Positions 1-7,075 of a stretch of 55,567 bases of DNA are shown one piece after another. The notes under the pieces are model-generated. The model did not search any database. It was not told the origin of the DNA and saw nothing but the letters and a program-made list of their open reading frames with translations. The first letter of the stretch is position 1; each line of letters opens with the position of its first letter. Made by a program: the position numbers and the translations under genes. Origin of the DNA: an uncultured bacterium (GTDB lineage Bacteria; DYJV01); contig CAZIZE010000058.1 of NCBI GenBank assembly GCA_964543655.1, positions 1-55,567 of the forward strand, written 5' to 3'.

Positions 1-177
1 CTCCGATAATGTATCAAGGAAAAGTGATTTGCCAAATCTTCTGGGACGGGATAGAAAATAATACTTGCCTGAATTTATTAATTTATGAGCAAAACCTGTT
101 TTATCAACATATAAATAGTTTTCCTGGATTATTTCACTAAAGGTCTGCATACCTATGGGAAGTTTTTTTAAATTCAT
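1..177 (-). CDS. AAA-ATPase-like protein (predicted AAA-ATPase / PD-(D/E)XK family), 5' part, runs off the window edge
   Basis: Not in the ORF track. Manual translation from ATG at 177: [27 protein letters not shown]...[21 protein letters not shown], with the family-typical LPIG..F, YVDKT and Walker A RPRRFGKS motifs. Confidence 0.9.
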   Translation of the reverse strand, partial: MNLKKLPIGMQTFSEIIQENYLYVDKTGFAHKLINSGKYYFLSRPRRFGKSLFLDTLSE

Positions 178-183
178 ATTGAT

Positions 184-212
184 AAATTATCAGAAAATTT
201 AGGAGAATTCAA
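184..212 (-). promoter_or_regulatory. sigma70-type promoter, probably leaderless, for the AAA-ATPase gene
   Basis: TTGAAT-17 nt-TAATTT with extended -10 TG; only 6 nt between -10 and the ATG; no Shine-Dalgarno (SD). Confidence 0.5.
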
Positions 213-220
213 GATTTTAT

Positions 221-318
221 TAGTCATTAGTCGATAGTCAATTGTAAGGGTAATTCGTTAATTGGACTTACCAAATCCTAATTTAACTATAAACTTTGAA
301 CTGATAACTGTAAACTAT
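221..318. repeat. Heptamer tandem repeats flanking a degenerate REP-like palindrome
   Basis: TAGTCAT/TAGTCGA/TAGTCAA (221-241); imperfect palindrome GTAAGGGTAATT-CGTT-AATTGGACTTAC (244-271); TAACTAT/AAACTTT/GAACTGA/TAACTGT/AAACTAT (284-318). Confidence 0.55.
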
Positions 319-379
319 TTTGAGGTTTTTAGTCTGAAAAATCTTTTAATTCAAGGCTTTTTTGTATTATAATTTACCT

Positions 380-492
380 AAAAAAGGACTATAGCCCTTT
401 CGTCGGGGTAAGAGAGGTGGTTCTGCTCTTTCCCTGGCACTTCTCTGCAATTTGGAATCCACCCATACAAAGCAACCTCGAACTATAGTCCT
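380..492 (-). ncRNA. Putative structured small RNA (~110 nt rod-like hairpin), family unknown
   Basis: Perfect 10-bp terminal inverted repeat (385-394 / 483-492). Inner helices GUUG/CGAC, GGGUGG/CCACCU and UUC/GAA need G.U pairs that favour the minus strand. GC-rich island followed by a U6 tract; upstream promoter at 500-527. Confidence 0.55.
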
Positions 493-499
493 AATAGAT

Positions 500-527
500 A
501 ATTTAATTAATTTTTATAAAAAATCAA
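500..527 (-). promoter_or_regulatory. Putative sigma70 promoter of the hairpin RNA
   Basis: TTGATT-16 nt-TAAATT; predicted start ~492-493, at the first base of the stem. Confidence 0.45.
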
Positions 528-632
528 AAAAATTTTGCAAGTTAATTGTATTAATGTTTTGATAGAATTTTATTCGGTAATTTTCTTGAATTTACCATTT
601 CTATTTTTCAACTTATAATTTTAAATCATATC

Positions 633-710
633 CTTTAATTGCAAACCAAAACAATTCAAAACTAAGGACTATAAGCTAATACTTTATATCCCACAATTGG
701 GAGCTAAAAC
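633..710 (-). CRISPR. Mini CRISPR array: repeat - 19-nt spacer - divergent repeat
   Basis: R1 710-682 GTTTTAGCTCCCAATTGTGGGATATAAAG (TCCCA/TGGGA stem, I-B-like GTTTT...ATATAAAG ends); spacer 681-663 TATTAGCTTATAGTCCTTA; R2 662-633 GTTTTGAATTGTTTTGGTTTGCAATTAAAG (AATTG/CAATT stem). Co-oriented with and downstream of the cas genes. Confidence 0.7.
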
Positions 711-765
711 CCATTTGAGTATGATAAAAAAAATTAATATAACCTACCTCTTATAAAATTCATAA

Positions 766-776
766 TTTCAAAGAAC
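766..776 (-). promoter_or_regulatory. boxA-like antitermination element upstream of the mini-array
   Basis: GTTCTTTGAAA on the minus strand, 55 nt upstream of repeat 1. Confidence 0.45.
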
Positions 777-810
777 GTTTAAATTTTTCTCCAATTGTCA
801 GTAATGCATT

Positions 811-1068
811 TCATATTAAATTTTCAGTAGGATTAAAATCTATTCCTATGCTTTCTCTAATGATATTATTTTTATTGTCAATCCTAAAAAATATTACATA
901 GTCAAAGTTATTATCAATTATCCCTTCAGCGGATTTTTTTAATGAAAAAAACTTTGCTTCACTTAATTCTCCTTCAAACACCGACTTTTGAGTATGATGA
1001 AGATATTTTCTTTTGCAAACAAAATAGTAATTAATCTGGGTTCCTGTAATTATAAGATTTTCATACAT
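811..1068 (-). pseudogene. cas4/cas2: In-frame cas4'-'cas2 fusion remnant (most of cas4, all of cas1 and 5' cas2 deleted)
   Basis: N-terminus ITGTQINYYFVCKRK is a Cas4 start; the remainder YLHHTQKSVFEGELS...DYVIFF...ESIG is the C-terminal two-thirds of Cas2; directly follows cas3. Confidence 0.85.
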
Positions 1069-3231
1069 TTAAATAAAATTGTCAAATTCTTTCTGTTTAA
1101 AAGTAAGTCCGATTTCGGAATTATATTCTGCATTTATTGTAAAAATTTGATTTTTTAACCTGTTTGAAATTAATGCGGGAGAAAACTCTTTAATTCTATA
1201 AACAGGAACACTTAATGTAAATGAATTTATTTCTTTTAATGCTTTTATTCTTTCAATAACAGGTTTGGAATAATCAAGAGATATTGCAATCAATTGTTCT
1301 AATAGATTAAAGTTTTTCTTATAAATCTCAAAAGGAATTACTGAAACATTATAAATTTTTCTAAACAATTTCTCTGCTTCATTTTTATTTTCAGCTTCAA
1401 AGCCAAGTTCAAGGATATTTGTATAATTTTTGAACTTTTCATAAAATTTTGTATTTTTAATCTTTGACTCATTATAAATTTCATTCATTAAATTTTGCTT
1501 GTCATTTTCTTTTAAAATATTTCCATCAAATTTTAATAATTCATCTTTTGTAATAGCAACAATCTCTTTATCATAGATATATCCATTATCAGAAGGTGAT
1601 TGAGAGAAAATAAAAATATTTGGCTCACAATTTTTTGAAATTTTTCTTCCTTTTCTCCTGTAAATTCTTCCCATTCTCTGAGTTAGAGAGTCAAAAGATG
1701 CAATTTCTGTAAATAATACATCATAATCTATATCAAGTGATGCCTCAACTATCTGAGTTGTTATCCATATAACAGGGGTAGATTGTTTAAAATCGTTTAA
1801 AATCTCTTTTTCTTTTTTGTATCTGTCTTTCCATATAAACAACGAGTGAAGAAGTTTAACATTTCCAATATAATTTAATTTTTTATATAAAGATTGAGCT
1901 TTTTTTACAGTATTGACAATTATTAAAATTTTTTTCCCTTTTTTGTACAAATTTTTTATTAAACTAAAATCATCATCTATAAATTTAATTTTATGTTTTT
2001 CTTCCTTATTGAATACATGAGGCAGTATTTCACAATAATGTTCAAGTTGTGAAATTATAAAAGGGTGAATTGTTGCACTCATAAAACAAAATTTTCCACC
2101 AAGTTCAGAAATTTCTTTCAATCCTTTAATTATTACTGCAATAGTTTCTGGAGAGTAACTTTGTGGTTCATCAAGAACTATTTTGGAATAACTCATTGTA
2201 GCATAAATTTTCTCATAACCTGCATATTTAAATACAGCAGTAAATATCTGGTCAGCTGTTGTAATAGTAATTGGCATACTTAATTGCCTTGATAGTTTTA
2301 TATTGTTAATATGAATTTCAATTTCGTCATTTTTATCTATTTTATAAAAGATGCTTTCTCCATGAAGCAAGCCTATTGAATTGCTACCAAAAATCTTACA
2401 AAATCTTTCATACATGGCATTTACTGATACTTTTAAAGGAAGAACATAAAAAGCTTTATCATCACCTATCCAATTAATAGCAAATTCTGTCTTTCCCATG
2501 CCAGTAGATGCTATTTGAAGAATGCTTTTTTCTCTATATTTTGAAGCATTTTTCTGAAATTCTTTTAGATTAGATTTTAAATATGCGCATAATTTTTCTT
2601 CAAAATTTCTTATTTTTTCATTTTCTACAAAAATATGTGCAGAAGATGCATAATCAATTCTATGAAGAAAACCTTTTAATAATATAAAAAATTTTGATTT
2701 TTTAAGTTCTTTTACTCTTATAGATGAATTATTCTGATATTCAATTAATTTTTCATAATAAGAATCAAAAATTTCATTAATTTTGTACTGAGAGTAATTT
2801 GATAACCAGTTAAGATAGATTGTCTTTCTTTTTAAATCATTATTTATTTTTTCTTTTAACTCTTGTTCTGAAAAATTTATCTCTCTTGAATGATGAAAAG
2901 CAACTGCATAAATAATTTCTTCTATTTTATCTAAAATTTTTTTATTGTTTTTTATGTTTTTTAAAAAAGCAACAGATAGGAAATTATGAGGTATTTCATG
3001 TGGATAAAATTTGTTATTAATAATTTTGTTTTGAAATTCTTCTGAGATTTTACCAAGGTCATGGAATATTGCAGCAGTCTTTAGGCATTCATATAACTCT
3101 TCATCAATGTTATAATATTTTCTTAATATATCTATATTTTTTAAAAGCTTGTCAGTATGCTCTTGAATTGTTTCATATTCTACATTCCCATTTTTATAAA
3201 ACTTTTTTGCAACAAAATTTTTATATATCAT
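1069..3231 (-). CDS. cas3: CRISPR-associated helicase/nuclease Cas3 (HD + SF2 helicase)
   Basis: TIQEHT, HDLGK, PHN, AFHH, DYASS (HD domain); STGMGKT, DEPQ, SAT, QRMGR (helicase). Exact start (3231-3237) uncertain. Confidence 0.97.
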   Translation of the reverse strand: MIYKNFVAKKFYKNGNVEYETIQEHTDKLLKNIDILRKYYNIDEELYECLKTAAIFHDLGKISEEFQNKIINNKFYPHEIPHNFLSVAFLKNIKNNKKILDKIEEIIYAVAFHHSREINFSEQELKEKINNDLKRKTIYLNWLSNYSQYKINEIFDSYYEKLIEYQNNSSIRVKELKKSKFFILLKGFLHRIDYASSAHIFVENEKIRNFEEKLCAYLKSNLKEFQKNASKYREKSILQIASTGMGKTEFAINWIGDDKAFYVLPLKVSVNAMYERFCKIFGSNSIGLLHGESIFYKIDKNDEIEIHINNIKLSRQLSMPITITTADQIFTAVFKYAGYEKIYATMSYSKIVLDEPQSYSPETIAVIIKGLKEISELGGKFCFMSATIHPFIISQLEHYCEILPHVFNKEEKHKIKFIDDDFSLIKNLYKKGKKILIIVNTVKKAQSLYKKLNYIGNVKLLHSLFIWKDRYKKEKEILNDFKQSTPVIWITTQIVEASLDIDYDVLFTEIASFDSLTQRMGRIYRRKGRKISKNCEPNIFIFSQSPSDNGYIYDKEIVAITKDELLKFDGNILKENDKQNLMNEIYNESKIKNTKFYEKFKNYTNILELGFEAENKNEAEKLFRKIYNVSVIPFEIYKKNFNLLEQLIAISLDYSKPVIERIKALKEINSFTLSVPVYRIKEFSPALISNRLKNQIFTINAEYNSEIGLTFKQKEFDNFI

Positions 3232-3943
3232 CACCAATTAAATCAATAATTCTTCCAGAAGGCTCTTCATATTCATCAAAGAAGTATTTTCCATTTTGTA
3301 GGATTCCTTCGTCAATATAAACAACATCCTTTTTTTCAAAATATCTTAATAAAGTTTTTTCCAATAATTCTTCATTGTATTTGAAATTCATTCTGTAATG
3401 TATTCCGTTTAATCCTTCATTTTCTACAGTTTTTTTATTTAAATATATTCCATAATTTATAGAATGTGGATTAAATATATCAAAAGTTTTAATATCAGTT
3501 TCAATAAAATCCAAAAAATCAATTCTCGCTAAATCTTCTCTGCGGCCAAGTGATGGGTATTCTATTTTTAATAAATTTTCTTTAAATTTTTGTAAAAATT
3601 TTTCCTCTGCTTTTAAGTAGATAATAAGCTCTATATTAAAAATATTAGCAACATAAGTGGGTGATTTTGAAAAGACTTTTTTAAAGTTTTTTAACAAAAT
3701 CTCTCCTTTTTTATTTCTAACTCTGTCAAATTTAATTAAAGTCTGCATATCATAAACAACAGAAGAAAAATTTCCCTGAATACTCATTGAAAGAGGAATA
3801 TATTTATCAGCATTTATAACTGAATGAAACCATCCTCGTATTGTAGAAAGGGAAGGCAGTGGATATGTATCCCAAAAATTAAAACTCATTGGTTTACGAT
3901 AATTAGCAAAAATTTGATATGCTTTTATTTTTAGAATTCTCAT
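3221..3943 (-). CDS. cas5: Type I-B Cas5
   Basis: N-terminal ANYRKP...TYPLPSLSTIRG and SLGRREDL motifs. Confidence 0.95.
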   Translation of the reverse strand: MRILKIKAYQIFANYRKPMSFNFWDTYPLPSLSTIRGWFHSVINADKYIPLSMSIQGNFSSVVYDMQTLIKFDRVRNKKGEILLKNFKKVFSKSPTYVANIFNIELIIYLKAEEKFLQKFKENLLKIEYPSLGRREDLARIDFLDFIETDIKTFDIFNPHSINYGIYLNKKTVENEGLNGIHYRMNFKYNEELLEKTLLRYFEKKDVVYIDEGILQNGKYFFDEYEEPSGRIIDLIGDDI

Positions 3944-4287
3944 TTTTTCTTAATTAATATTTTTTCAATTTCTTGCAAAATAGAATAGCAGTCTATATTT
4001 GTATTTTCAAAAATATTTTCTTTTAAATGTTTATGATGTGGGAAAGTATATAAATGGGGATGATGTGGAGCATTATCCCACCGTGCAATTAATTCTCCAT
4101 TTCTATTTTGCAAATGATAGGAATAATTTCTTTCTTTATCATCAACAAATTCTCTAATAAAAAGAAGCTCTCCATTTATAAGCTCTGCTTTTATCTTTAT
4201 ATAGAATCCTTCTTTAAATAATTTAAAATCTGTAATATTAAAGTTTTTTATTATTTTTGATTGATTAAGACACTTTAATATCTGCAT
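3940..4287 (-). CDS. DUF6516-like putative toxin (TumE-like family)
   Basis: YSYHLQ..GELIARWDNAPHHPHLYTFPHHKH signature; overlaps both neighbours. Confidence 0.75.
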   Translation of the reverse strand: MQILKCLNQSKIIKNFNITDFKLFKEGFYIKIKAELINGELLFIREFVDDKERNYSYHLQNRNGELIARWDNAPHHPHLYTFPHHKHLKENIFENTNIDCYSILQEIEKILIKKK

Positions 4288-4525
4288 TTTCCAAATCTTT
4301 CAATTGAGTTTGTAATTCTTGATAATATTTGAAAGCAGCTTTCCATTCTAAATAATCATCCCATTTTTCAAAATTTTCTTCACTATTTTGAATTTCTTTT
4401 TCAAAATCTTTTAAAGTTGTTTTATACTTCTTTTCAAAAAATTTAATTTCTTCTTGAGCTTTGTGCAAATTGTATAAAATATCTGCAATAAAATATCTTT
4501 TTACTATTTCTTTATTGATTTTCAT
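4265..4525 (-). CDS. Small helical putative antitoxin partner of DUF6516
   Basis: FEKKY..TLKDF...EENFEKWDDYLEWK motif; SD GAAGGAG before ATG at 4525 (ORF track start 4555); overlaps the cas7 stop. Confidence 0.65.
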   Translation of the reverse strand: MKINKEIVKRYFIADILYNLHKAQEEIKFFEKKYKTTLKDFEKEIQNSEENFEKWDDYLEWKAAFKYYQELQTQLKDLENADIKVS

Positions 4526-5447
4526 TTTTTTCTCCTTCTTTATAGTAATTTTCAACTTCCATTTTTAATTTTTCAAAAAAATTATTAATACTTAAAACTC
4601 TATTATTTTCAATGAGTTGTCTAAAATTATTTTCATTAGCCCAATATCCATTTACATATCCAATGTAGGTTTTACTTTTTACAGACTTGTTATTAAATTT
4701 CATATCTAATGTTGATGCTAAGATTTCAGTATTAATACTATATTTTCTAATATCTTTATTGAATTCAACCTTTAATTTTCCAAGAAAATAAGGATTTTTA
4801 ACATTATAAATTCCACCAATAGCAAATAATGGATTTAAGCTTTCCATTCTACCTTTAATATTTCTATTTAAAATCTTAACAACATCCAAAAGCATATTTA
4901 TTCTTTTAATTTTTTCATCAGAGGAGAGTTTTATATTATCATTTTCATCAATACCAACCTTGTCAAGTTCAACAGTAATAGTGTAAGTATATAAAGAGGA
5001 ATGGTGTTCAAATTGAAATGGGTCAGGATTAGTCCCCACTCTTTGAGCAAAATTCAAATTAGTCCCAAATTCAATATCTGAATGCATTGGTTCAAGTGAA
5101 ATTGCAGGAGTTATTCTAACTACAGCAGGTCTTATAACTGAACCTTTATTTTTTTCTGTTTTCATATAGCCAAATAAATCTGCTTCAATATAATCTTTTA
5201 TAGTAGTTTCTGAAGCAAATTGGATTACCTGTTGGGCACTTGTTAAAGGCTCTTTTTTATCAGAATCTATATTAAAAGTTTCCTTTAACATTCTGTAAAT
5301 GTCATATCTAATAGCTTGCCTTGAAATATATGAGTATAGTTCACCACTTCTTGTTAATTTTTTTAATTCAGATATATTTCCTATTCCTTCTCCATAATTT
5401 AAACTCATTGCATCAAAAATTATTGATATGGTTAAGCCTCCACTCAT
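4512..5447 (-). CDS. cas7: Type I-B Cas7 (Cst2/DevR family)
   Basis: SLNYGEG.GNISELKK, YISRQAIRY, DLFGYM, AISLEP motifs. Confidence 0.96.
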   Translation of the reverse strand: MSGGLTISIIFDAMSLNYGEGIGNISELKKLTRSGELYSYISRQAIRYDIYRMLKETFNIDSDKKEPLTSAQQVIQFASETTIKDYIEADLFGYMKTEKNKGSVIRPAVVRITPAISLEPMHSDIEFGTNLNFAQRVGTNPDPFQFEHHSSLYTYTITVELDKVGIDENDNIKLSSDEKIKRINMLLDVVKILNRNIKGRMESLNPLFAIGGIYNVKNPYFLGKLKVEFNKDIRKYSINTEILASTLDMKFNNKSVKSKTYIGYVNGYWANENNFRQLIENNRVLSINNFFEKLKMEVENYYKEGEKNENQ

Positions 5448-5460
5448 TTTACTCCTCCTT

Positions 5461-5748
5461 TTATTGTTCTTTCCCTAAAAGTCCATTTAAAAAACTATAG
5501 CCAATTGCATAAAAATCGTCTAAATTTGATAATGATTTTATAAATATTGAAGGAATTTCCATATTTTGAGCCATATAAGTTCTCATTAAGATATCCATAA
5601 ATTGATTGATATTTCCTATCTTCAAACTATTAAGAAGTTTGTATGATATAGTTGTAAGTTTATTTTCAGCTTTAGTTTCATAATATTTTTTTCTAAGGTC
5701 TAAACCAATATGATAAATCTTCCATAATTGTTTTTCTTCAATTGACAT
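5461..5748 (-). CDS. cas11: Putative Cas11 small subunit from an internal in-frame start in cas8
   Basis: GAGGAGG SD (5755-5761) 6 nt before an in-frame ATG at 5748; 95 aa, MSIEEKQLWKIY... Confidence 0.75.
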   Translation of the reverse strand: MSIEEKQLWKIYHIGLDLRKKYYETKAENKLTTISYKLLNSLKIGNINQFMDILMRTYMAQNMEIPSIFIKSLSNLDDFYAIGYSFLNGLLGKEQ

Positions 5749-7074
5749 TTTACGCCTCCTCACAACTAATTTAAAAAAATCGTAAGTTAAAATATTTAAA
5801 ACTTGTAAATGATAAGAATTAAACCACTTTTGATAATAAATAGACCCATTTTCAACTGAGATAAATATTTTTAATAGCTTATAGATATAGCTATAAGATA
5901 CTTTATCTTCAACTATTTGTCTAATAAATTCTGGTAAAATATAAAAACTATCTTTAATTTTATAATATGTTTTTGATAAAGTTTTTAATTTTTCATAATA
6001 ATTTTTAAAATAAATGGCTTTATTCTTTGAAATATTAAAAGAATGTATTTTTGGGAAAACTTTATTTGTCAACTGCATCTCAATTATAGCAATATTTTGA
6101 AGAGAAAAAATAGCCTTTTGCTTTTCTATTTCAAGAATATATTGAGTAAAAAAGTCTATTAAGAAATTTTCTTGATTGTTTTTTAATGTTTCTTTTAAAA
6201 GTGCATTAGTAATATATAACTGTGAAATTGATGTGTCCATATTTACAAAATAATAACTGTTTTTATATGGAGTTAATCCAGCAAAATATGAAAAGTAGAT
6301 AATTTCACAAATTTCACATAAAGGCAATTTAGGAAAAAAATTCCATGAGAAATTTACATTATCTGAATTTAAACCAAAGAATGGTGATATTCCAGTGTCA
6401 AAAAAGGCATCTTTTTTCTGAAACCTTTCATTGCAATTCAAACAAATATAATGCTTATTCTTTTTGTTTGAATTTTTAGAAAGAGGTATTTCAAAATCAT
6501 TTTTAAATTTTTTAAGCCTCTCTTCATTGCAAGAGCGATTTAAAAAACTTTTTTGTCCATAAATATTTCTCAAATAAATTTGCACATCAGTTTCAAAAAA
6601 TTCTTGATAATTATCATCCATTACTTTGATAGCTTCCTTTAATTTATCAATTAGAACTTGATAGTTATTTATAACTGTTTTTTTATCTGGTAATCCTGAT
6701 AGCTTTTTCTTTAATAATGTAAAATTATTAAGAATGTTTTTAAAACTATTAAAAATTTTTACTATAATTTCATCCTTATTTTCCTTTAAATTATTGCAAC
6801 TTTTTAACAGCTCTAAATCATTAATAAAGTTGTAAAAAAGTGATTTTATATTTCCAAATCTCCCATACTGCTCAAATGCAGTTTTGAAAAATTTTTCTGA
6901 AAATCCTTTAAAAATATCTCTGCTAAATTCAATATAATTTTCTCCAATTTTTAATATACTTTCATCATTAGAAATCAATTTATTCTTTTCAATTTTAAAT
7001 AAATGATAATTAATATTTAAAAATCCTATAATCCCTGCGTTAAATAACCAATCATTTAAATAAACTCTTTCCAT
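5461..7074 (-). CDS. cas8b1: Type I-B large subunit Cas8b1/Cst1 (CxxC-CxxC)
   Basis: DWLFNAGIIG start, CLNC...CEIC, C-terminal Cas11-like domain ending AIGYSFLNGL. Confidence 0.92.
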   Translation of the reverse strand: MERVYLNDWLFNAGIIGFLNINYHLFKIEKNKLISNDESILKIGENYIEFSRDIFKGFSEKFFKTAFEQYGRFGNIKSLFYNFINDLELLKSCNNLKENKDEIIVKIFNSFKNILNNFTLLKKKLSGLPDKKTVINNYQVLIDKLKEAIKVMDDNYQEFFETDVQIYLRNIYGQKSFLNRSCNEERLKKFKNDFEIPLSKNSNKKNKHYICLNCNERFQKKDAFFDTGISPFFGLNSDNVNFSWNFFPKLPLCEICEIIYFSYFAGLTPYKNSYYFVNMDTSISQLYITNALLKETLKNNQENFLIDFFTQYILEIEKQKAIFSLQNIAIIEMQLTNKVFPKIHSFNISKNKAIYFKNYYEKLKTLSKTYYKIKDSFYILPEFIRQIVEDKVSYSYIYKLLKIFISVENGSIYYQKWFNSYHLQVLNILTYDFFKLVVRRRKMSIEEKQLWKIYHIGLDLRKKYYETKAENKLTTISYKLLNSLKIGNINQFMDILMRTYMAQNMEIPSIFIKSLSNLDDFYAIGYSFLNGLLGKEQ

Positions 7075-7075
7075 T

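Noticed and set aside
408-480. SAM-I riboswitch (AAGAGAGGTGG on the plus strand)
   Set aside because: The remaining conserved elements are absent and no plus-strand gene follows.
385-492. Hairpin RNA as SRP (4.5S) RNA because of CAGG...AGCAG
   Set aside because: The apical stem with GNRA loop between the motifs is missing and the motifs are not at the apex of the fold. An Rfam scan would settle it.
714-998. 12-mer TTTGAGTATGAT shared by the array leader and the cas2 remnant
   Set aside because: Short, AT-rich and outside the spacer; probably chance.
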